Assembly: GCA_965209055.1 (NCBI GenBank)
Contig: OZ242374.1
Span: 1,120,001-1,184,000, forward strand
Source of the DNA: Acidobacteriota bacterium
Lineage (GTDB): Bacteria; Acidobacteriota; UBA6911; RPQK01; JAJDTT01
DNA length: 64,000 nt
Direction of reading: 5' to 3'
Below the pieces are notes generated by a model. That model was not told where the DNA came from. It was given only the letters and a program-made list of their open reading frames with translations, and made no database searches. Made by a program: the position numbers and the translations under genes. Below are positions 19,148-27,601 of this stretch, piece by piece (the stretch's first letter is position 1; every line of letters begins with the position of its first letter).

Positions 19148-21889
19148 ATGCGTGCGTTGATCGCAGTGGTTGTAATTCTTTTCAGCGGGAGCGAACTCTT
19201 CGTCGCTGCACAGCGCGTCGGCTTCGCTCAGCGTTCCGGGACCACCCGGCAGACGGGTCAGGAGCCGTTGATCGTCGATGACGGCGCTCCCCCGGCGTCC
19301 GGCTCGAGGTCCGACATGCAGGACGCGCTCCGGAAGCGCCGTGAGGCGCTTCAGAAGGTGTACGGAAGACAGGGACAGGAGGCTTCGGGCGGCTCCGGGG
19401 CGGCCACCGCGGCGGGATCCTCTCGCGATGAGCCGCGGACCCCGACCTCGGCCGGGAACCGGGCAGGGCGCTCCGGCAACGGCAACGGAGGAGTCAAGCT
19501 GGCCTTTACCGACATGCCCATCGACCGGGTGGTGAACGCCGTCATGACCGAGCTGGGCTACTCCTACGTCATCGACCCGGCTGTCTCCGGAACGGTCAGC
19601 CTGTTCACCATGGACGACATCCCCAAGAAGACCCTCTTCCGGGTCCTGGAGCAGGTGCTCAAGCTGTCCGGTCAGGCCATCGTCAAGCAGGAGGGGATCT
19701 ACGTCGTCCTGCCCATCGGCAAGAGTCCGCGCGTGCCGCACAAGATTCTGGCCCGGCCGCCTGTATCCGGCGCGAGCCCGGCCGTCCCCGCTCCGCTCCA
19801 GGAGAAGACAGACGCCCGGGAGGAGGAACCCGAGACCGCGCCTCCCGGGCGGGAATCCCCCGAGTCCGCTCCCTCGGAAGGCGCCGTGAGGGTGGTGTCT
19901 CCGGGGGGAACCGCTCCCGCGCCGGGAGCGGCTCTCTCCGGAGAGACGGCAACGCCCGCCACGACCGTGCTCTCTCAAGAGGAAGGGGCTTCCGCGGCGG
20001 AACAGGCGACGGCCTCGCAGGCCGCTCCCGGCCCCACCGTACTGACACCAGGGGAGTCGGAGGAGGCCCTCCGGCTGGAGGACGAAGAGGGCATCATCAC
20101 TTACGTCATCCCCCTCCACTACCTGCCCTCCGAAGACATGATCGAGATCGTGCAGCCCTTCGTCTCCGAGGGGGCCACTGTGGTCAACCTGGTCTCGGTC
20201 AACATTCTCCTCATCACCGACTACCGCCGGAACATCCAACAGGCGCTGAACCTGATCCGGATGCTGGACACCGAGTATTTCTCCATCAACACCGTCGATC
20301 TGATCACCATACGGCACAACCACGCCGTGGACGTGGCCACAGACCTGAGTGCGGTCTTCTCTCCAAGTGAGAAGGGCGGCGGCGTGCGCATCGTCGCCAT
20401 CGAGCGGCTCAACAGCATCCTGGTGGTCACGCACGCGCCTGCGGTCCTGCAGGAGGTCAAGACCTGGGTGGCCAAGCTGGACACTCCTTCCACCAACACC
20501 AATCTCAAGACCTACGTCTACGAGGTCGAGAACAACACCGCCGCCTACATCGCCGACGTCCTGGGCCAACTCTACTACCAGGGCATGGGCCTGCCCATGG
20601 GCGGCACCGATTCCACGGACCCGCAGGCGGACGATCAGCTCCGGCGGACTCCGACCCAGGACCCCGGCTTCCTCCGCCAGCAGCGGGGCTTCGGGGGCTA
20701 CGGCGGCGGCTACGGCGGGTACGGAGGCGGCTACGGCGGGTACGGAGGCGGTGGCTACGGAGGTTACGGTGGCGGCTACGGCGGGTACGGCGGTGGTGGC
20801 TACGGAGGTTATGGCGGCGGCTATGGCGGCTACGGCGGTGGCATGGGCGGCGGTTACGGGAGGGGATTGGGACCCTCACTGATGGGGCGTTCCCTCAGCC
20901 GCCCGTCCGGTATCCGGGTGGTGAGTGCGGGAGATATCCGCATCGTCGTCAACGATTTCAGCAACTCGCTGATCATCCAGTCCACGGAGGCGGACTACCG
21001 GTTCCTGCTGGACACCATCCGTCAACTGGACAAGCTGCCGCGCCAGGTTTTCATGGAGGCCCGGATCTACTCGGTGGAGTTGCGGGACGATCTCAGCTTC
21101 GGCGTGGCCGCCTTCCTCCGGGGCCGGCAGGCCGACGCCACGGGACCGCCCACCACCGGCAGCCTCACCGGAGCCTCTGACGCGGGCGGCGGAGGCGGCG
21201 CCCTGTCCATGGTCACCAAGGCCTTCATCGGGGCGCAAAGGGAGTTGGAGGCCGCTATCACCGCGCTCCGTTCCCGGACCAACGTGGAGATCCTGGAGGC
21301 CCCCACGCTGCTGGCGGTGGACGGCATGCAGGCCCGAATCAACGTGGGCGCCGAGGTCCCGGTCACGACCGCTTCCTACGGCGACCCCATCACCTCGGGA
21401 GTCGCCAGCGCCTTCGCCAACAGCATCAACTATCGTCCCACCGGGACTTCGCTCCTGATCATGCCCCGCACCAGCGCCAGCGGCATCGTGACCATGGACC
21501 TGGCCATCGAGGTCAGCCAGGCGGCGGGTTCCTCACTCACCCCCACCATCAGCCAGAATTACGTGGAGACCTCCCTGATCGTCCGGGACGGCGAGACGGT
21601 GGCTATCGCGGGCATCATCAGCGACATCAGCGACCGCAGCCGCAACCGGATCCCCGTGCTGGGGGACATCCCGGTGGTGGGAGCCCTGTTCGGGCGGACT
21701 GCCAAGAGCAAGCGCCGGTCCGAGCTGGTCGTCTTCATCACGCCCCACGTCATTCACGGCCTGCCCACGGCCGTGGAGGTCACGCTGGACTTCAAACGGG
21801 CGCTCCGAAACGCCTACCACACCATCAACCGAAAGGACCAGGAACGACGCGACTTGATCCAGAGGCGCAAAAACGAAGAAGGGCACTGA
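19148..21889 (+). CDS. gspD: Type II secretion secretin with a Gly/Tyr-rich insertion
   Basis: N domains, LDKLPRQV and IPVLGDIPVVGALF secretin signature. Confidence 0.92.
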   Translation: MRALIAVVVILFSGSELFVAAQRVGFAQRSGTTRQTGQEPLIVDDGAPPASGSRSDMQDALRKRREALQKVYGRQGQEASGGSGAATAAGSSRDEPRTPTSAGNRAGRSGNGNGGVKLAFTDMPIDRVVNAVMTELGYSYVIDPAVSGTVSLFTMDDIPKKTLFRVLEQVLKLSGQAIVKQEGIYVVLPIGKSPRVPHKILARPPVSGASPAVPAPLQEKTDAREEEPETAPPGRESPESAPSEGAVRVVSPGGTAPAPGAALSGETATPATTVLSQEEGASAAEQATASQAAPGPTVLTPGESEEALRLEDEEGIITYVIPLHYLPSEDMIEIVQPFVSEGATVVNLVSVNILLITDYRRNIQQALNLIRMLDTEYFSINTVDLITIRHNHAVDVATDLSAVFSPSEKGGGVRIVAIERLNSILVVTHAPAVLQEVKTWVAKLDTPSTNTNLKTYVYEVENNTAAYIADVLGQLYYQGMGLPMGGTDSTDPQADDQLRRTPTQDPGFLRQQRGFGGYGGGYGGYGGGYGGYGGGGYGGYGGGYGGYGGGGYGGYGGGYGGYGGGMGGGYGRGLGPSLMGRSLSRPSGIRVVSAGDIRIVVNDFSNSLIIQSTEADYRFLLDTIRQLDKLPRQVFMEARIYSVELRDDLSFGVAAFLRGRQADATGPPTTGSLTGASDAGGGGGALSMVTKAFIGAQRELEAAITALRSRTNVEILEAPTLLAVDGMQARINVGAEVPVTTASYGDPITSGVASAFANSINYRPTGTSLLIMPRTSASGIVTMDLAIEVSQAAGSSLTPTISQNYVETSLIVRDGETVAIAGIISDISDRSRNRIPVLGDIPVVGALFGRTAKSKRRSELVVFITPHVIHGLPTAVEVTLDFKRALRNAYHTINRKDQERRDLIQRRKNEEGH

Positions 21890-21891
21890 AA

Positions 21892-22848
21892 ATGAGGCGC
21901 GCAGCGTCTGCCGCACTGTTGCTGGCCTGGCTCGGTCCGTCCGCCGCCTCAGCCGCTTCTCCCCACCCGGTCCGCCTCGTCAAGACCGACGCGGCGCGGG
22001 TGGACATCTACGCCGGCGAGGCCCTGTTCGCCTCCTACCACTACGGCATCGGCCTGCACAAACCCATCCTCCATCCCCTGCGCAGTCCCGGAGGACACCG
22101 GATCACCAGGGGATTCCCCATGGTGTTCGGCATCCCCGGCGAGCAGACCGACCACTGGCAACACGAAGGCGTCTTCCTCACCTACCGCAACGTCAACGGC
22201 GTTGACTTCTGGTCCAAGTTTCCCCCCACGCGAGACCGGCCCGGCAGCGGCCGGATCCGCCACACCGGCTTCACCCGCCTGGAGGGCGGAGAAAAGGGCA
22301 TCCTGGGGACCACTGCCGACTGGATCGCCCCCACCGGCAAAGTCCTGCTGAAACAGGACTCTCAAATGACCATCCGAGCGGGACCCGACTGGCGAACCCT
22401 GGATCTTCAGATCACCCTGACCGCCCGGGACGAGCCGGTCACCTTCGGCGACATCGAAGAAGGCCTGCTGGCCATCCGCGTCGCCTCCGGCCTGCGCGAG
22501 GACCGCACCGGCCGCTACCTCAACGCCGAAGGCCTGGAGCTGGCGAAAAACGTCTGGGGCAAGAGGTCGCCCTGGGTGGCCCTGCGCGGAACCGTCCGGG
22601 ACGAGGACCTCACCCTGGCCATCCTGAACCACCCCCGCAGCGTCCGATTTCCCACTTACTGGCACGCCCGCGCCTACGGCCTCTTCGCCGCCAACCCCTT
22701 CGGCCGCGCCGATTTCGAAAAGGGCGCTCCGCCCCTGAACTACTCCCTGTCCCCCGGCGAATCGGCCCTCCTCCTCTACCGCATCCTCATCCACTCCGGC
22801 CACCTCACCCGCTCCCGGATCGAGGACGAGTTCCGCAAATACCGATAG
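21892..22848 (+). CDS. Exported DUF6807/PmoA-like family protein
   Basis: KPILHPL..ITRGFP..DHWQHEG..WHARAYGLFAANPFG; signal peptide. Confidence 0.65.
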   Translation: MRRAASAALLLAWLGPSAASAASPHPVRLVKTDAARVDIYAGEALFASYHYGIGLHKPILHPLRSPGGHRITRGFPMVFGIPGEQTDHWQHEGVFLTYRNVNGVDFWSKFPPTRDRPGSGRIRHTGFTRLEGGEKGILGTTADWIAPTGKVLLKQDSQMTIRAGPDWRTLDLQITLTARDEPVTFGDIEEGLLAIRVASGLREDRTGRYLNAEGLELAKNVWGKRSPWVALRGTVRDEDLTLAILNHPRSVRFPTYWHARAYGLFAANPFGRADFEKGAPPLNYSLSPGESALLLYRILIHSGHLTRSRIEDEFRKYR

Positions 22849-23563
22849 CAGGGGCGGTTTTCCTACCGCTCCGTGTCAGGCGAGTTGGCCGTCGATCGGC
22901 AAGCCAGCTCTCCTGCACCCTCTCGAAAAGAAGAAATTCCCCATCTCTCAATCCGGCTTTTTCCGGGTTCTCGCGGATGTATTCCAGACACTTCATGAAA
23001 TGCATCTCGTCCCTGATCAATCGGTCCCAATAATCCTTTTCCCAGAGCTTGCCCGACCTTCCGGTCTTCCGATTGATCTGACGAGCCGTAAACAGCTTCC
23101 AGGACCTTAGAATGTCTCCGAGCCGATGAGATCCAAGAGGTCTGAACAGCACATGAACGTGGTTGGGCATTACGACGAACGCGGCCAGTTCGTATCGTTG
23201 GCCGTCAAAGAATCGCAGTGCGTCAGCGACGATCCTGGACAATGCGGGATCCCTGAGGATGCAGGACCCGCTGCCTTGATCCAAACAGTTGTCAATCCGT
23301 CCGGAGAAACGTTTGCGGTAGCGTTTCGCCGTCTCAGAGTTCCAAGGTCGAGGATTTCGTTTCAACCAGAATTCGCGCTCCTCCCGCCACTGAGCCAGTT
23401 TGATTTGGGGAAGCGAATCTCCCAGCCGCCAGGTCACAAAAACGAATGTGTGATCCTGTTGCCAGTGGGGCAGGCGATTTTGGCGAACATCCCCGGGTCC
23501 ATAGGGGTCGAAATAGAATCGGGAGCGCGTTCCTTGCCGAACATTCTCGGGATCACGTGACAC
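22805..23563 (-). CDS. REP-associated tyrosine (HUH, Y1) transposase, RAYT/TnpA-REP
   Basis: FVTWRLGDSLP, VVMPNHVH (HUH), LWEKDYWDRLIRD and YIRENP; REPs on both sides. Confidence 0.88.
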   Translation of the reverse strand: MSRDPENVRQGTRSRFYFDPYGPGDVRQNRLPHWQQDHTFVFVTWRLGDSLPQIKLAQWREEREFWLKRNPRPWNSETAKRYRKRFSGRIDNCLDQGSGSCILRDPALSRIVADALRFFDGQRYELAAFVVMPNHVHVLFRPLGSHRLGDILRSWKLFTARQINRKTGRSGKLWEKDYWDRLIRDEMHFMKCLEYIRENPEKAGLRDGEFLLFERVQESWLADRRPTRLTRSGRKTAPAIGICGTRPRSGSG

Positions 23564-23604
23564 ATAGTCCCAAACGTCACCAAAGCAAAAACAACGAAAT
23601 CGAT

Positions 23605-23783
23605 GGGGGGGCGGGGGCGGGGGCGGCGGTTTCCCAACCGCCGAATCCCGAGCAGCAGGAGAACAGGAGCGATGCCGGGCGATTAGGAAATCGCCCCTCC
23701 GAAGGAGAACACGCGCAGTACCGGGCGATTAGGAAATCGCCCTTCCGAAGGAAAACACGCGCAGTGCCAAGCGATTAGAAATC
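23605..23783. repeat. REP cluster upstream of RAYT; last palindrome interrupted by element 2
   Basis: GGCGGTTTCCCAACCGCC, two GGGCGATTAGGAAATCGCCC, then a truncated GCGATTAGAAATC. Confidence 0.9.
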
Positions 23784-23833
23784 CTTTACTCTGTCCAACG
23801 GAGTCATGGGATTTATCCTGTCTTTTCAACAAG

Positions 23834-24940
23834 TTATCCTGATACTCCTCTCAAATTGTTCCCCTTGGCTCTTACCCGTTGCCTGTTTGTTGCCTGTTGC
23901 GTTTGGGAGTCTTCGTTAGCCTGTGCCTCCCGAATGCTCTGGAGCGCATGGGAACTGACGTACCCGGCGTAGCGCATAGTCGTGCTGATCGCCGAGTGTC
24001 CCATCAACTTCTGGACCGTTCTCACGTCCACACCCTGCATCAGCCAGTGGCTGCAGCGGAATCGTCTCAGATCGTGAAATCCGACCTTCAAGCCGACCCT
24101 CTCGCCAGCCCGGCGCAGTGGCATGTCGGGATTCACCCATCTCGTCCCGGTCCGGCTGTTGACGAAGACGTAAGGGATGTTCAGGTAGCGAACCAGTCCA
24201 GCCAGATATCCGGTGGCATACTTCGAGATCGGAATCTCCCTCGGCTCGTCGTTCTTGGTGAGTTCCACCCAGAGTAATCCGCGCCCTAGGTCCACCCGTT
24301 TCCAGGTCAGCGACAATGCTTCTCCCTTTCGGATGCCCGTCTCGCCGATCACTGCAATCATGGCTTGCAGGTAGGGATTGTCCGCCGCCTCGACGAGGTC
24401 GCGGAACTGTTGAACCGTCAAAGGCCGGAAGACCTTCTTGGGCTCCTTCAGTTTGGGGAACCGAACCAGCGGGTGCGTGTCCACCTCTCCGCACTCCAGC
24501 GCGTAGGAAAACAGCTTGCTGATGGCGGCAATGGCGCGGTTCACCGTGGCCGGCGCGACCTGTTTCTTCCTCTGGGCGACGTAGCGGTGCAGGTCTTTGC
24601 GTTGGAACTCCTTCAGGGGAATGTTCCCCAGCATGGCATTGAGGCTCTTGAACGAACCCTCATAGCTCCGCCAGGAGCGCATGCGAGGTTTGCAATACTC
24701 CTCGAGAAATCGCTCGTAGAAGCTCCGGACCGTCCAGACGGTGCGTTTCCCACCGGCGAGCTCCCTCTTGAGCTGCTTCCAGGTGCCGTCCAGGATGCTG
24801 GACTCGATTCGTGTTTGAAGCGCCTGTGCGCTCCGGTAGTTGGGGGCGTACATTCGGAGCCGACCGGATCCGTTCGGCCAGTACTTGCTGACGACGAAAC
24901 GTCGTCTCCCCCGGCGATCCTTTACCTTGTAGATGCCCAT
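23834..24940 (-). CDS. Tyrosine recombinase/integrase (copy 2)
   Basis: Highly similar to 6233-7348; catalytic residues intact. Confidence 0.95.
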   Translation of the reverse strand: MGIYKVKDRRGRRRFVVSKYWPNGSGRLRMYAPNYRSAQALQTRIESSILDGTWKQLKRELAGGKRTVWTVRSFYERFLEEYCKPRMRSWRSYEGSFKSLNAMLGNIPLKEFQRKDLHRYVAQRKKQVAPATVNRAIAAISKLFSYALECGEVDTHPLVRFPKLKEPKKVFRPLTVQQFRDLVEAADNPYLQAMIAVIGETGIRKGEALSLTWKRVDLGRGLLWVELTKNDEPREIPISKYATGYLAGLVRYLNIPYVFVNSRTGTRWVNPDMPLRRAGERVGLKVGFHDLRRFRCSHWLMQGVDVRTVQKLMGHSAISTTMRYAGYVSSHALQSIREAQANEDSQTQQATNRQRVRAKGNNLRGVSG

Positions 24941-25057
24941 GCATCTCCTCCTTTCTGGATCCGGGTTCTTCGCCGTGGGACGAATCGTACCACGGCGACA
25001 GAGATTCGACGTCGGCGTTCAGGTTCTTCAGAGCGAGAACGCGGTGGCGACTTCTAG

Positions 25058-26246
25058 GGAAGGTCTGATTAAGTCGAGTCAGCGTTCTGCACGATAATTC
25101 TTCCATCATCACTGCATGGAGGATAGATGATGTCGCAACGAACGTTCGCAGATCTGGAATACGACGGCAAGAAGCGGGTGACCCGTCGGGAGAGATTTCT
25201 GGCCCGGATGGACCGGTTGATTCCATGGGAGCAGTTGGAAGCCCGGATTCGGCCCGTTTACCCGAAAGCGGGACGGGGACGGCGTCCCTACCCGCTCTCG
25301 ACGATGCTTCGGATCCACTGCGTGCAGCTGTTTTACAACCTGAGCGATCCGGGGATGGAGGATCTGCTCTATGAGGTGGAGTCGGTGCGGCGGTTCGTGG
25401 GCCTGAAGCTCACGGGGCCGCTGCCGGACGAGACGACGATTCTGAAATTCCGTCATCGGCTGGAGGAGCATGGTCTGGGGGAGGCGCTGTTCGAGGAGAT
25501 CGGTTCTCACCTGCAGCGGCAAGGCCTGCGGCTGAGCCGGGGGACGATCGTGGACGCGAGTATCCTGGCGGCGCCTTCCTCGACCAAGAACAGGGAGGGG
25601 GCGCGGGACCCGGAGATGCATCAGACGAAGAAGGGAAAACAGTGGTATTTCGGAATGAAGGCCCACCTGGGGGTGGACGCCCAGACGGGGGTGGCGCACA
25701 CGGTGGTGACGGCGCCGGCTAACGAGCATGACGTGACGCGAGCCGGTGAGTTGCTGCACGGCTCGGAGTCTCAAGTTTGGGGGGATTCGGGATACCAGGG
25801 AGTGGGAAAGCGGTCGGAGAATCGAGATCGGCCGGTGGATTGGCAGGTGATGATGAAGCCGGGGAAGCGTTGGCGGCTGCCACCGGAGAGTGAGGCGGCG
25901 TTGGCCGAGCGGCGCAAAGCGTCGGTTCGGGCCAAGGCAGAACATGTATTCGGGTACCTGAAACGGCATTTCGGCTACGCGAAGGTGCGCTACCGGGGGC
26001 TGGCGAAAAACACCCAACGGATCTATTTGCTGGTGGGGTTCGCCAATCTGATGATCGCCGAGCGCTCTGGCGTGAACGCCTGATCCGGGCGCGGGAGAGG
26101 TGCGTCGAGATTCGGGGAATCAGTCTGAGAATGGGGGCACCCAGAGCCTTGCCAGGGTGGTACTCCTCATAATGAAGGTTTGGACACCGCAAAGCCGAAA
26201 CAATAACGGCTCTCACGTCCCTTGAATCGACTTGTTCAGACCTTCC
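25058..26246 (+). mobile_element. IS5-family element (copy 1)
   Basis: TIRs GGAAGGTCTGATTAAGTC / GACTTGTTCAGACCTTCC; CTAG target duplication. Confidence 0.95.
25127..26083 (+). CDS. IS5-family DDE transposase
   Basis: PDETTILKFR, TIVDAS, WYFGMKAH and GDSGYQG motifs. Confidence 0.95.
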   Translation: MMSQRTFADLEYDGKKRVTRRERFLARMDRLIPWEQLEARIRPVYPKAGRGRRPYPLSTMLRIHCVQLFYNLSDPGMEDLLYEVESVRRFVGLKLTGPLPDETTILKFRHRLEEHGLGEALFEEIGSHLQRQGLRLSRGTIVDASILAAPSSTKNREGARDPEMHQTKKGKQWYFGMKAHLGVDAQTGVAHTVVTAPANEHDVTRAGELLHGSESQVWGDSGYQGVGKRSENRDRPVDWQVMMKPGKRWRLPPESEAALAERRKASVRAKAEHVFGYLKRHFGYAKVRYRGLAKNTQRIYLLVGFANLMIAERSGVNA

Positions 26247-26710
26247 CTAGTGCTAGTTTGGGATGAGCCCCCCATAACTGCCTCTCGCGATCATTACGCA
26301 GTTGGTCCTGTGTCGGGACTTCCACCGAATACAACAGTCCGAAACACACCGCAGGCGTAGGGTAGCTCCCACGTCCATTCGGACGGACAGGTAGGCTCTT
26401 CAACTACCCAATTGAGGAATCGTTGCAGGACCGACTCCCATCCGGGGGTTTGGACGATCTTAGGTGACGCCGGGTTAGGGGAGAGTAGAAAAAAGTTTTT
26501 GCCCGCCGTGACTTCCGACGTCATATTTCAAATCGAAACAAACTAGACAGATAGTCCCGAAGAAAATACAAAATAGTCGGGTGAGAAGCCCAATGGCCCT
26601 GGAGAATACCGGGAAGTCGAACCCAGAGGTGGGAAGGTGTCGAGCCCTCGCGATATGACGATTGAGAAGGACGATACGCTTCTGCCTCCGACACAAGAGC
26701 CGGGAAGGCA

Positions 26711-27463
26711 GTGGAAGTGAACAGGCCCGCCGAAACCGTGAGGAAAGCCTACGTCACATCGGAAGTCGCTGAAGTACACCTTGAACCTTCGGACGATGCG
26801 CCAGTGGTGGTTCGTTTGTACAAGCGAGAACTCGTGGATGTCTTCGAAGAATCAGGCGAATGGGCCAGAGTGTCCCACTATTACGACCATTTTTGTGACG
26901 GTCGAATGCTCGCTCGGTGGATCAAGGATTCATGCCTGGGGTCGGAAAGACCCGCACCACCGAAACACGGATTACCCAATGACGCTTTGGGGAACGCACT
27001 TGCCAATTCGGACGATGTTGAGAGGTACTGGAAGCGGTTTCACCAAGGAGCGAAACGTGCAATGGAGAGAGGTTTGGCGTCTGTAGAGCATTTCATCGAG
27101 TGCGGCGGATGGATACGGTCTGGTACGGAAGGCTTCTACTTTGTTCACACCGAGTCACGCGTCCGGGGCCGAATCTACGTACATGGGCCAACCGGCAAGA
27201 TGGCCCAATGGCATCCTTGGATGGACGACAAACGAGCTTCCGAATACCTGTATCAGATACAGGATCGGAAATGCGCATTGTGTGAAGTCCCGTTCCCGCA
27301 TAGGAACCTTGAGGTAGACCACATCGTTCCGAAGAAGGTGGGGCGTAACGACAAACTCGCCAATCTCCAGCTTCTCTGTCCAGCATGCAATCGTCTCAAG
27401 GGAGACAGACCGATGGATTGGGCTGTAGGTCAGGTGCGTGATCTTGGAATCGTCAGAGAATAG
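26711..27463 (+). CDS. SH3-like domain plus HNH endonuclease
   Basis: CALC...EVDHIVP...NLQLLCPACNRLKG; N-terminal VDVFEESGEWARV. Confidence 0.8.
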   Translation: MEVNRPAETVRKAYVTSEVAEVHLEPSDDAPVVVRLYKRELVDVFEESGEWARVSHYYDHFCDGRMLARWIKDSCLGSERPAPPKHGLPNDALGNALANSDDVERYWKRFHQGAKRAMERGLASVEHFIECGGWIRSGTEGFYFVHTESRVRGRIYVHGPTGKMAQWHPWMDDKRASEYLYQIQDRKCALCEVPFPHRNLEVDHIVPKKVGRNDKLANLQLLCPACNRLKGDRPMDWAVGQVRDLGIVRE

Positions 27464-27601
27464 GGTGGCAGATAAGCCGACACCAGCACCGAGGGTTCCG
27501 CCCGAACTGGATGCTGCCGTAGACGCGGTGCTGATATTCAGGAAATCGTGAGGGAAGTGGGCTCCCGAACAGCCGAGACAGGATCTCCTTCAGCCAAGTG
27601 G

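Noticed and set aside
26251-26700. Possible IS1595-like relic around the HNH gene (also ~27480-27550)
   Set aside because: Only faint peptide resemblance; no TIRs or catalytic motifs could be identified.
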